A stretch of 34,687 nt of DNA, from the NCBI GenBank assembly GCA_002189035.1, contig NEEC01000124.1, positions 1-34,687 on the forward strand. Reading direction: 5' to 3'. The stretch comes from Utricularia gibba (Eukaryota; Plantae; Magnoliophyta). The notes beneath the pieces are model-generated. The model searched no databases. It was given only the letters and a program-made list of their open reading frames with translations, and was not told where the DNA came from. The translations under genes were made by a program, and so were the position numbers. Of this stretch, positions 1 through 12,400 are shown piece after piece (position 1 is the stretch's first letter; every line of letters starts with the position of its first letter).

Positions 1-225
1 TAAAAATTTGCAGATGCCAAGCTAGTAGCTTAAAAATATTTGTGCAAGCCAATGAAATCACAGTCAAAAAATCACTGCATAGATTTTCTCATCAATTAGC
101 AGTTCGCCTTTTCTTTAGGGATCTGAGCTTCTCACATGTTAGCTACAAAACTGATAACAGTAAATTAAAGGGATACCATGCATCGCAGATAAGATCGGGC
201 CTTTTAAAAATTAAAAAAAAAAACT
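1..225 (-). pseudogene. Extra copy of CPA intron 2 sequence running off the left edge of the window
   Basis: 1-225 aligns colinearly with 6165-6394 (e.g. aaaaatttgcagatgccaagctagtagcttaaaaatatttgtgcaa identical); homology stops after the A-run at ~225. Confidence 0.85.
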
Positions 226-455
226 AAATCCAAATTTCAATGCCAAAAATGAAAAAACTTATAAACTAGGGATACCATAAAACAGCATAAAAATCAAATT
301 TTTTGAATGTTAATCCGAGAAAATCGTGCACTTGAAAAAGCTATTGCAAATTTGAGTTCGGAAATGCATGCAGTGTTTTGACAACGAAATCATAACTAAA
401 TCAACATAATGTTTCCAATAAATGTGAAACGCTCTTGAGCCAGTTGATGCACATG

Positions 456-1003
456 TCATTCATTTCTACCAGCTTTGATTTTTGAGTATCCAATTTCAGC
501 ATCATCTTCTTCATCTTCATCGTCATCTTCTGTTGTTTCTCCACTATGAGATGAACTTCTGAAAAGCTTCAAATCCGTATCAGCTTCAAAATCACTGAAA
601 AGATCCTCTCCAATTTTCACATCACGGTGTTTAATCAAAAGCCATCGCAGCAATCTATCTTCCTTGTTCAGGTAGTACAGCTCACTGTTGAAGCTTGGTG
701 GTGTCATCATCGTCATTTGCATCAATTGAGCCTACACAAATAATAATTCTATGTTCATCATCATGCAGAGCAGTCCAGATAATACAAAGAGCAATTGAAC
801 TCACAGATGGCACACTAAACCTGATAGTAACGGCCATCCAACTTCTTTATGCCGTAACCCAATTGAACATTCCCAAAGGACTTCACATCAGCAAGAACTC
901 CATTTTTTCTAAAAACATGCTTCCCCAATCTTGTAACTAGATCCAAAATAGCCACACTTGTTACATTTGGTTTCAACAAAAGCATGCAGTCATAAATAGG
1001 CAT
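456..1003 (-). CDS. Bacterial-type ribosomal protein S6 (bS6) family protein, probably mitochondrial; 2 coding exons
   Basis: Exons 1003-821 (MPIYDCMLLLKP...GYGIKKLDGRYYQ) and 731-456 (AQLMQMTMM...LNKEDRLLRWLLIKHRD...acidic tail, stop) joined by an 89-nt GT-AG intron (820-732); motifs match plant bS6-family proteins as I recall them. A probable 5'UTR intron lies at ~1363-1034. Confidence 0.88.
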
Positions 1004-1612
1004 TTTTTCCTTGATTGATTGTGCTGAAGACCTGCAGCAGGCTGATAATTAGTCTTAGTTGAATATGGATAATCATCCAAATTTCGCTAGCTCCCACTAG
1101 CAGCCAAATCCCCCATACACATGCACCCGAACCCAAAGTGGCCCATTTCAAGAATTTCAATAAAGAATAAATCTTACGGCAACGCTACGAGTTATATTCC
1201 TCGATAAACCTTACGAACTCGATCCATGTCAAAAGAAATACAAGTAGGCAAAAAATTATAAAGCGAAACATAAAACTCAATTCTCAGTTTCACAACCCAG
1301 GCACGCAAGGGAAATCCATTGAAAAGAATAAGAAGTAAGAAAAGAGAAAGCCATTCATATCACCTGGGTGCCGACAACTTTCCCAAAGCGGCTGAAGACG
1401 CTTTCCAGCTGCCGGTCTATCTCGTCTGCCGCTAAACCACCGATGAATATACGGTTTTCCTACTGCTCCGCCATCTCTACGCTCTAAACTCAATGACCGA
1501 AAAGGAGCATCAACCAATAGAGAATCAAAATTCAAACAAAGCTCAGAAAACTCAGAAACGCAGCAAAAATACCACGGCCGTGGATCCACAAGCTCATTGG
1601 ATCCAAGAACGC

Positions 1613-1674
1613 GGCCCATGCCGCCTACTACTCGGGCCTAGCCCGTGATCCAAGACTTTATTCTTGTTGGCCCA
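1613..1674 (-). promoter_or_regulatory. Two site II (TGGGCC) motifs upstream of the bS6 gene
   Basis: GGCCCA at 1613-1618 and 1669-1674 at the GC-rich/AT-rich boundary; site II elements (TCP-bound) are typical of plant ribosomal and mitochondrial protein promoters. Confidence 0.45.
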
Positions 1675-2037
1675 TGACCCATTTGTACCTCTGTTTAATA
1701 TAATTTTTTGATACTTAGAAAATATTTTTAATAAATTAAAATTCTGAAACTTATTCAAAAAATTGCATCAAAGATCCAAATTTTTTATTTAATAGCAAAA
1801 ATGGTCTCCATTATTTGATGTGATTGATCTCCATTAGTAAAATTGATTCCTAACATTTTACTTATCAAGCATAATTGATCATTAAAATTTAAGATATCCC
1901 ACATAATTAGTTCTCAAAATTTTATATCCTCGTTTTTTTAGTCCTCATTGTATGCGTACCATGCATATTTGGTCCTTGATGTTAAAAAACTAGACATGAT
2001 TGGTTCTTGATATTTTAATATTTGGCATAATTAATGA

Positions 2038-2532
2038 TGTTGTGGTTGAAAATCAATATTCGAACAAAGACCGATTTTTGGGTTATGAGTACTGTCGGGG
2101 CATCATATCCAGTTAAAATTCTAGTGTTTTGGGGTGATGCGATATGGTCGACAGAAATGAAAAGAGACAAGGGATTTTTATGTGGAAATTGTCGAGAAAT
2201 GAAAAAACCTCAGAGCTGTCGGAACTTATCGAAAGATGGTTTCACTAAATAGAGAAGTAGAAGAAATACAAGTTAAAGAACCTGGAGTCCAACCTTTTCT
2301 TTTTCAGGATTTCTTATATTTATAGGAGAGTTTGATCTGATCGAATTTTGAATTCTGTAGGTGTCAGCTATTTTCTGTGGTTGCTATACGTACTGTGGTC
2401 TTACTTTTCGAATAATCGTTACTTGCTTTGTCATTGTCATAATTCGATCACTTTTCAAACTATCCACAACAATCGCCATTGACAAACTCTGACAGTTATT
2501 GGCCTGTCAGTTTGCACTAGTCCGTCAAAACA
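2038..2532 (-). mobile_element. Possible solo LTR or LTR fragment
   Basis: ~495 bp moderate-GC block in AT-rich DNA bounded by TGTT...AACA, with a TATA-like ctcctataaatata on the minus strand (~2313-2327). No matching target-site duplication found. Confidence 0.3.
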
Positions 2533-3863
2533 CCTTTAGATTACTTTTCATAGACCGATTAAACCAATCTAATTTAGACCCCATCAAATGCCCAAATAAT
2601 ATTGACATTATAAATTCCCATTATTTTTATTTTTTATGTTGGTTCCTATTGTAAATATTCATTTTTTCATAAACCTAATTTTTTGTTTTTTTTTTGCAAA
2701 ATAGGTTGATGCACTCTTATTACCCATATTCTTATATGATACCAGTTGCTTTGAATATCCAAACTTCATAATCTTACGTTTTTTACTTTGAGAAAAATAT
2801 TAATTTAAAATTAAAATAATCATTCTATTTAAACATATTATTTCTCGTTTATAATCAATATAGAGTATCATCATTAGATCTATTGCCTTACATTATTTCT
2901 AATCTTAAACAATTAGCATTTTCGTTAAATACGACTTCATCCACTATTTGTACGAGCCCTATTTGTCGTCATCATCATCGCCGATGCTAATGGCAATCGG
3001 CACCACGTGTGCAATGCTCCCATCGCAGCCACAGACAGCCAGCTGCTGTGTTGTGGCCATGCAGTTTGGATTTGATCCTGCTTGGTCAAAAGGCAAAAAA
3101 TTGAATCTATTTTTTTATTTTAATTATTAAGTTTAATATTATCATACCTTTCATAATTTAATATTAAATCGAAAATCATAATTAATTTTTTTCATTATGT
3201 GCTTTTGAAAAATACTTATTCTAGGGTCTTAGAAAATATTTGTGTAAATTTTATTGCGTTGTAATGTTTAAATTATAAATTCGTTTGATGATTGAGTGAA
3301 AAATATGAATTTTTTACTTAATGGAAAATAATCCCTAAATAATATTAGCACTATAGATCCCCAATCTATAATTTGAATGTTTTTTCTCCTTTATTTATTA
3401 ATTTTGAATTTAGAAGTGTGAGGTAGCTAGCCCCACCTATGGCTATAGATGCGAATAAGGGTAGAAAGTGGAAATAGTCTGGTTTATAGACGATCGGCAC
3501 ACCAAATCAGTCAACCCGACCCGACTCCGGTTTGATAACCCAACCAAGCTATCGATGCTGATTCATTAGGCTCCCTTTAGATTTCATTTCATGTGCAGAG
3601 AAAACTCAAAATCTTGTTCTGTTCGTCAACTTAGACCTGTTTGGTGTCTCCTTTTGGGGAGGCTCAGGGAGCTTGCTCAAACTCACATTCGAATTGATAT
3701 ATAAGAACAAAGGAAACGATGCAAACAAAGAAGAGATCTTGAAAGAGAGAGCTCACCCTAAATCAGAAAAATGGAAGAGATACACAACAGAGCAAACAGC
3801 AGATGAAATGAAAACGATGAAAGCTTGTGGTAGAAAAGTACCTTGTGTAGTAGTCATCAGAGA

Positions 3864-6782
3864 TCACTTGCTATCACTGTTATTGAGTCCCAAGTTTTTC
3901 TTCATATCTCTAGAGAGACTGAACTGCAGGGTGTTGTGCCATGGGAATAGTGTACGTGTTACAGGGAGCTTCCGCCGGAGGTCCTGCAATAGTCAAAAAA
4001 GCGAAAACCATGAAACTGCTAAGCATGCATTCTAGCGCTGTGCTTTGAAAGAAGAGGTGGCTACTTAAAACATTGAAACAAAGAATATGCTGCAGAACGA
4101 TTAGGATAAAGATTTGAAGGAATTGGAGAAACTTTATGGTGATAAAAATAGACTTGTACATAGACCAAATCTACATGTTGAAGATAAATAAATCAATGGG
4201 AATACCTTGAAGGTTGTGTCAGGTAATTTGGAGTAGGAAACCTGAAAACAAAATCACTTCCAGTAAAATAGAAAGTTAATACCGAATGCATTATAATGCA
4301 CAGGCAAAATGTGACACCTGAAGATAGTTTAGATATTCTGCCTCGTGGTGACGAATTATGTTAGTCAATGAAACTGCAGAATCATCAGGTGACTGAAAAA
4401 TAACTAATCATTATTGTCTGTTTAATCAGAAAGTACTCTAAGAATGTGAAAATGTCTCCCCACCAAGATCGATTTCATGTTAGTATTTATCTATATCAAA
4501 TTCTGCAGAGGATAAATAAATGTGGATTCCAATTACCTGAAGTATGGTTGAATCCTTGCACTCTTTCTTTGCATCTAACTGGACATTGCCCTCCTCAAAA
4601 TAGTGAGCCTCCACCTGGTTCAAACAAATAGCATGTCTTACTGAATCAAACAGTATATATGAAATCATTAAACAACAGGAAAATAATTTTAACCAAATAA
4701 CTGAGCACTGTACCAACACACAAGATATTTACCAGCAGCTTGCCTGTTAATTCCACGATTTGCAAATCATTCTTGAACTCCATAACCCACTTAGACAGCC
4801 AGCAACCATTGCTGCAAAAAAAAAAAAAAAAAAAGAGATGGGACGCTGAAAATAGGTTGTACGTTGAAGTTACATGGTATCTCCAAAGGAAAAAGGAAAA
4901 AAGAATAAGCATAGAAAACATCGTGTTAGATTGTCCTCTTCAACCAGATATTTCATCTTGGAAGCAAGACCGAAAAACCCACAGATGTAAACTATTTCAA
5001 CACATGCACCATACCAAAAATTTTGAGGAGTATTTTTAATGGAAGAAATCACAACAACAAGCTCAAACTCTGAGCCTGCTTCTTCCACATCTTTTCCACG
5101 GGTACAATACACAGAACTTACTCCCTTGGGATATGCTTCAGCAACATACTTCATGACTTCAGCATCTAAGGCCCTCTGCCAAAAAGAACTTTAATACTAA
5201 CAGAAGAAAATCAAGATAAAGCTCAGCATATCCAAACAGAACTAGGAAAAGAAACAATTCATAAATCTCCTTCACAGAAATTTTATTAAAAAAAGATTGT
5301 ATTTTAACATGATCAGAAAATGAAGCAAAGGCATTCCAAATATTGAAGTATAAAAGAAGTCCAGTTATGCCAAAGACATCCATGTGAAATGTCAAAGGGG
5401 TTTATGGTTAAATTTCACTAAAATCGATAATTTCAGTCAGAAAGCCAAGATCCCGAGGAGCTTAAAAAAAATCACTCATGAGGAAAAAACGCAAAAATAT
5501 CATGAAGCACAATTTCTTGGCAAAAAAAATAAAAAATAAGCATCAAAAGTACCGATATTCTTCAACATATGAAGAAGGAAGCTCTTCGTCAGTGGCTGCT
5601 CTTGTACCTTCACATAACTGAACAGGGAAGCACCATGGTTTAATAGGAATATAGTGTAGTGCTATCTAACACTATCAAGCGAGTGCCACTTCAGCAAGAT
5701 GAAGCAACAAGCATCGTTTGTATCAAAATCCATCACTATTTTATTCAATTTCATGATCATGTCAAGAGAAGAAAAAGTAAATGGAAGTTTTTGGGAACTC
5801 AAAAACATCTTTTTGCTCATTCACAAGCAAGGAGCATTCTAGTTCAGGCAAATGGGTTATAGTTGAATCCTGGCCACAGTTACAGCTTAACAACACGTAT
5901 CCTAGGCTGGATACAAACTGTTCACGAACTACGCACATGCTAGCATCAAAAAGGAAAAGAAAAAGCTCACCTGTTTTACATGGTTAACAATTGCAACCTG
6001 GGTAGTCCTGGGATCAAGATATTCGTTCTCAACAATCTCATTGTATGACGTAACGAGAACCTATAAAGAAATATAAACTAAATGATGTGAATCTCACAAG
6101 AATTGATGGAACAATGCGACACAGGTCACCATGTTTGAAACAAATTCGAAACTACATAAATATTGAAAAATTTGCAGATGCCAAGCTAGTAGCTTAAAAA
6201 TATTTGTGCAAAAGCCAATGAAATCACAGTCAGAAAATCACTGCATAGATTTCTCATCAATTAGCAGTTCTCGATTTCTTTAGGGGTCTGGTCTTCTCAC
6301 ATGTTAGCTAGAAAATTGATAACCGTAAATTAAAAGGATACCATGCATATAGCAGATAAGATCTGGCATCTCCATACAAAATTAAAAAAAAACTGTCGAA
6401 CAGCTACAACAAAGACAACATAGAAAGCGATAGAAACTAAAAGAGCAACTTTTCACACTTTTAATAAACGCGTAGTTCCAGATTACCTCACCGCTTCTAT
6501 CGGGAACCTCAAGACAGATCATGTGGTCCTTATTGTACACCGGAAACGCCTCTGCCGCGGCGGCTTCAAATAGCTCCTCATCCCTCAAAAGTTCCCTTAC
6601 ATCTGCATTTTCAGGAAAACAACTTACAAATCCATGCTTGGGGCTTGAGTAGTGCGCACAAAAGGATATTGCAAACCTTTAGCAACGTAAGAAATTTCAC
6701 CGGCCGGAGAATTTAGCAGAAACCATTTTGCGAATTCGATCTTCTGCTCGCCGGTGACTTCCGGCGCTGATTCTTCCTCCAT
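3864..6782 (-). CDS. CPA: F-actin capping protein subunit alpha, 10 exons; apparent 1-nt deletion at the start of exon 5
   Basis: Exons 6782-6677, 6602-6487, 6060-5971, 5617-5553, 5175-5015, 4811-4733, 4614-4537, 4392-4318, 4241-4206, 3983-3864, all GT-AG. Motifs KIEFAKWFLLNSPAGEI, EAYPKGV, HYFEEGNVQLD, DLRRKLPVTRTLFPW. Spliced length is 926 nt, one short of a multiple of 3. Confidence 0.93.
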
Positions 6783-7418
6783 GATCCGACAAACAAATTC
6801 AAGGATTTGAAAAAAAAAAGTGCAAACTTTTGAATCCACAGATCAGGCTCCCATCATCATTTGGGTTGAATTCTTCTTTTCAAAATGAATATATATCATT
6901 GATTATTAATTACGTTACATAATAGAAAGTGTATTTTTTAATTCTCATGAAAAATGTCACAATTTCAAATTGAAGGGTCCGTCCCAAGTTATGTCAAACA
7001 TTATTCCCGTGCTTGCCTTTTGGGGATATGAATTAAATGAATTCAGATTATTTAAATATAATTTATTCGTATATTTCCTACATCTACTTATCATTTAAAA
7101 ATTCGTAAATATAGATTTTGAAGAGATTTGTTGGATAAAAGAAATAAAAAACTATTTTGAAATATTTACATAAAATTAAAAATAAATTAAAAAGTACTAA
7201 TTTGTTACTTTTGCAGAAATAATTCTTTCCGTGTAAATTTAAAAGTATTTTTATTTTTGAAGTTGAAAACGTCATAATGCAAAATTGTTTTTATTTTACA
7301 AAAATAGAAATGGATCTCATGAAATTTTTCAAAAGGGTGATTTAGAAAATCTTTTGATGTGTGTTGATTTTATTAGAATAAATAATTATACATTCGAAAA
7401 TTAAAATAATAGTATTAA

Positions 7419-7440
7419 ATATATATATATATATATATAT
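7419..7440. repeat. (AT)11 microsatellite
   Basis: Perfect AT dinucleotide run. Confidence 0.9.
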
Positions 7441-9498
7441 AAATTAATAATAATGGATTAGATTTATTTTTTTAAAAAAATATTATTCATATTTATTGTG
7501 TATTGAAATTTAAGGCATGGTCATTCAACTCATCAAACTTAATTTGAACCTATCTTTCTTTTTGGGAAGGTGCAATGCACACTACAACTGCAAACAGATT
7601 TCACGAGCCAGTCTTTGGCGGTGTTTCTGGTCATGTTTCTGATAACCAGCTCTGGATTAGCAGCACGACAGATGAACATTCACCTCTGTTTAAGTAAAGC
7701 CAGTAGAATAAGGGCTAAGAGTAGATATGGGTAAGGATACTGGTGAATTTAAATATTCATTGATCTGTCATAAGTCAAACACATTACCCTTAATTATACA
7801 ACATTGATACGAAATGAATCTATATAATACATAGGTACGAGTAGATTCGATATTTTTTACTAAATGAGTTGAACAACTCAATCAATTGAATCTAGAATTT
7901 ATGAATTAAATTCGATTCATGATAATATATATAAATTATATAATGATTCGAGTCAACTCATGATTTAAGATGAATGTAATATATTAAATTGTATTCATTT
8001 AATCACAATTTTTTCATTAAATCGTAATTTTTTTATGTTGACTTGACGTATTCAACTCATATGTCCATTTCTACCTCCCAGCCAGCAAATGATAAGAGCT
8101 AGGCACTTCATCCTGTATTACTGAATAGAGCACCCCACTTTGCATATATTAGGGATACAAGCATCTTCCACTCATCTAAAGGGTAAAGCATGAATGGTTT
8201 ACAACGAAATCGACTAGCAAGAATCACAGCAAATGCTCTTGAGTTGCCGTAAGTGGAAGAAGATAACTGCAAAATCAGTAGGAGACTTGTTTCTGGTTTA
8301 GCAATCACAGACAATATTGCAAGGAAACAAAGTGATGATTCCAAAACCAGCACAAGGAGAGGCCCTGCGACCCAACAAGCTGAGCTAATAACTCCAGTTA
8401 TTATTACATAGGAAACTACTTTCTATAAAGTCCCTTAATATTCAAAAACTTGGGAAACACCAACTTAGTTTTAATCCCCCAAACAAAACTTTGATCAATG
8501 AATGATGATCTTGGCCCTCTATCCGCTCTTCAACCATGATGAAACAGCTAAGATAACAAGAGAACCACCCCACCCCCAACAAAAATGTAAGGATCATTTG
8601 CATTGTACATGTTAAAAATTGAAACTTTACATAATAGCTTGTTTTGAAAACTTAGATCGAAAAACAAGAAAAGTAAAAGAAAACATACCAGTTTTACATG
8701 AAAACTCGAGATGAGAGAATATCACGGGTAATGAAGTCGTTCATCACTACAAAAGAAAAGTTTTTAAAATTACAATACTTATAAAATAAAATAATTAAGT
8801 AAGAAAATAAATGTAAATAATATTAAATTTCTTAAAAGAAAAGTCTTATATCTTATATTGTATGATGTCGTATGAAATAAACATCATGTCTTGTTATTAT
8901 ATTAAATTATGATAACTCAAATTATAGCAAATTGAAGACATTAACCCAACAAAAAATGTTGAAACCATTATGTTCACACAAAAAATGGAACCATCCATGA
9001 CCTTTGAATGGCTAAAAGTTGCGCCAGAGAATCCAATCATTAGTCATCAAAATTGTAGAACTGATGAGATGGGTGTTGATAGGAATTGCCTGAACTCCAA
9101 CTCTCTACTTACATCAACATGATGATGAACATTGATAAGTGTATCTGCTTCCATTCTGAGATTTGAAGCGCACAGCATTACAACAAAAAAGTCAAGGATC
9201 CATACGAGTTCAATCAAAATAAAAAATTTGGAGCTATGAATCGATCTAAAGTTTTAACTTCAAAGAACAATCCAATCCATCACAAAATCTAATTTAAAAA
9301 AAAAAACAATCTTTACTTTCTTTGATGGGGGAAGAAGGATGAATTTTGTGGCAAGACTGATCATGGTGACTGGTGAGTGCTCTCTCTACAATATTATTTA
9401 TTAGGAAGAAAAATATATCCATATTGTACAAATTAGCAATGAGGTGTCGTCTATGCAAATTTATCCCTTTCAGGGTTTAAGCCTCATATGCAATTATA

Positions 9499-12400
9499 AT
9501 GGCCGCCGCCGCTTCTATTGCCGTCACCGTCGTGTCTTCTGGTTCAGGTTGTGGCTTTTCGAGCAAGCCTGAGCCGTGCATCACCTGCGCTAGCTTGTTT
9601 GCTATCCGCCGTCGAACTGCCTGGCCATTGAGCAAACTGGTACGTCACAATGCGTTGGGAAGGCCACGACTTTTGTGTTTCTGTTTTGTATGAAAAGTTG
9701 ATTTTTTTCGTGTTCAGGGAACTGGGACGGGGATTTATTCTTCTGTGTTTCGCGCGAAGGCTATGGCGCAAACTCTTTCTAATTCAGCAGTGGAGAGTTT
9801 GTCCTCGGGTTCTGGTACTTCTTCCTTCCTAATGAGATTTGTTAGGGAGTGGCAACTTTGCTGTTGTTCTCAAAATTGCATGCGCTCCTTTCTAATATCA
9901 AATTCTCTTATGCTTTTTTAAGGAAAGAGGCAAGCTTTGGTTTCATTGTCGGACAAGAGGGACTTGGAAATTCTTGGCCGGGGACTCCAAGAGCTGGGGT
10001 ATTCATTATTTTATTTAATTTCTTCATGGTGATTTGGAAGATGGGTTGTATTTTGAAGACTAACTCTTATAGTTCATCTCCTTTTTCCACTGAGTAGAGG
10101 GGATAAGTAATGGATGCCTCATGTTAACATTACTCAAGAGTTGCTTTCTTAGTGTGAACGCTTGCACTCGATTGAGATATTCACTAATGACGTATCCATG
10201 TTTCAAGGTTCAACATAGTTTCCACGGGAGGGACGGCCGCATCCATTGAAAGTCTTGGGGTCCCCGTTACCAAAGTGGAAAAACTTACTTCTTTTCCTGA
10301 AATGGTGTTTCTCTAGGCATTTTTTTGTCTGCCTTTCATTATTTTGTATAATCTAAGTGCCTGCAATTTCCTTTTACATTTGTTTTCATGCCCTGTGAAA
10401 AATCATTGTTGCCATTTCATTGCCATAATCGAATGCTTTCTCACCCTTTCTCGTATTTGAACAGCTTGATGGTCGTGTGAAAACCTTGCACCCAAACATT
10501 CATGGAGGCATCCTTGCAAGAAGAGATCAGAGGCATCACATGGAAGCTCTTGAGAATCATGGAATCTGTGAGTGAACATTTTTTTTGTAGAACTATGTTT
10601 TGGAGTTCAGGCATCTTTGCATCATCCTTCCATTCTTTGCATCTGTGAGTAAAACGTTTTCATCATCGGAAGGTTAAATCTTTTGTTTTCTTTTTTCCGT
10701 TTTTCAGTTTCATTCAGTGTTTCTCTTTTAGTGCACGATTAATCATAATTAATTACCTCCATATGAAATGGACAATATGGTTTGGTGACTTGCTTATTGA
10801 TGAAAACGAGCTCCAAAGTAATTAGCATTATACTTAAATATAGTTCGGGTGACTTTTTCTTTGATATTTTTTTTCCATTCTCTTTTGACGTCTAGTCCAT
10901 CATTTGTATGTAAACTTGTGTTTCTGCAGGTACATTTGATGTAGTCGTAGTTAATTTATATCCCTTCTATGATAAAGTTTCGGCTTCTTGTGGGGTATCT
11001 TTTGAAGATGGGATTGAAAATATCGATATTGGTGGACCTGCCATGATAAGAGCTGCGGCTAAGGTACATGAGGCTCAAACACTGATGCTTCGTTTTTGTA
11101 GTCAGAGCATTAACTTTTTTTGGTTTTCCCCAAGGACCCCGTAAACTTCCTCTTAGAGACCTGAGCAAAACTATAACTTCTCGAGGTTTCATTATGCACT
11201 CTGATAGATTTCCATATACAGAGGAGATTGTTATCTTCATGTTTTTCTCTTCTCTTTAACTTTTTGTTATGTGTATATGTGTGAGGCCGGATTCCTTCAT
11301 ATTACTAATGTGGATAAACGTATCTTTTTTCTCTGCAGAATCATAAGGATGTTCTAGTTGTAGTAGACTGCAATGATTATCCAGCACTAATAGAATATTT
11401 GAAAAACAACCAGGACGACCAGCTCTTTCGTAGATGGCTAGCTTGGAAGGCTTTTCAGCATGTAGCTTCATATGACTCTGCTGTCTCTGAATGGTTGTGG
11501 AAGAGTACTGAAACAGGTAGTTCCAATTTCTTCATTCCCAGTTCATTTAACGTATTGTTTCCCATGGATGTGAAAAGAATACACCACTTTGGAGTAGCAG
11601 TTTGCATTTAAATGTATAATGTGCAAAATCTTTCACAGGCAAGTTCCCCCCCGCCATGGCAGTACCTCTGTCTCTCATTAGTTCACTTCGGTATGGTGAA
11701 AACCCTCACCAGAAAGCTGCATTTTATGCTGATAAGTCTTTAGCAGAGGTAAATGCTGGTGGCATTGCCTCTGCTATACAACACCATGGAAAGGTATGAT
11801 AATCCCCTATTTCATTGAGCCTGAGTTGTTTTCCTGTAACCATTTTTAGCTGATTTGATAACCATTTTTTGGTTTTGCTAAATATGTTTCTCAGTTCAGT
11901 GTCTTTTATCATGCTTCAGTTAACGAGTGACTCATGAAATGTTTTCATCATGCAGGAGCTCTCTTATAACAATATCTTAGATGCAGATGCTGCCTGGAGC
12001 TGTGTATGCGAATTTAGCAAACCAACCTGTGTTGTGGTGAAGCATACCAATCCTTGCGGCGTGGCGTCGCGCGACAATATTGTGGATGCATACAGACTGG
12101 CTGTAAAAGCAGATCCTGTTAGTGCTTTTGGAGGCATCGTGGCCTTCAATGTTGAAGTCGACGAGGTATCACACATCTGACTCCTCAACATGCAGTTTTT
12201 ACTTCGTAACTTAAGATCTGTTTGATGCATCTTTAAAAAGATAACTCTAAAAAAAGTGATTCTCTATATTGAAGAAGCATTTCAGTGTTTCAATTCTATG
12301 TAAAGTAAAAATAGTGTGTTTTGTCTGAGAATTACTTCTAGAAGTAATTTTATTAAAACTGAAGTTGAAGTTGCACCAAACAGATTCTTGGATTGTTGTT

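Noticed and set aside
456-560. Acidic Asp/Glu tail of the bS6 protein
   Set aside because: Acidic C-terminal tails are common in this family; not novel.
1290-1619. 109-aa minus-strand ORF upstream of the bS6 gene
   Set aside because: Lies over the probable 5'UTR exon and intron; no recognisable motif.
1740-3400. Possible Mutator-like MITE termini and a GC-rich captured piece at ~2950-3090
   Set aside because: I could not define paired TIRs or a TSD by eye.
7570-7735. Signal-peptide-like stretch SLAVFLVMFLITSSGLAARQM on the + strand
   Set aside because: No in-frame ATG before the upstream stop and no recognisable mature peptide motif.
9058-9165. C/D box snoRNA-like arrangement on the + strand (TGATGA 9062, CTGA ~9090, ATGATGA ~9119, CTGA 9156)
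   Set aside because: No terminal stem, and I could not match either guide to rRNA or snRNA; a snoscan or Rfam search would be needed.
11956-11990. purH SYNNILD where plants often have SYNNYLD
   Set aside because: As I recall, E. coli PurH has SYNNIAD, so Ile is tolerated; not a lesion.
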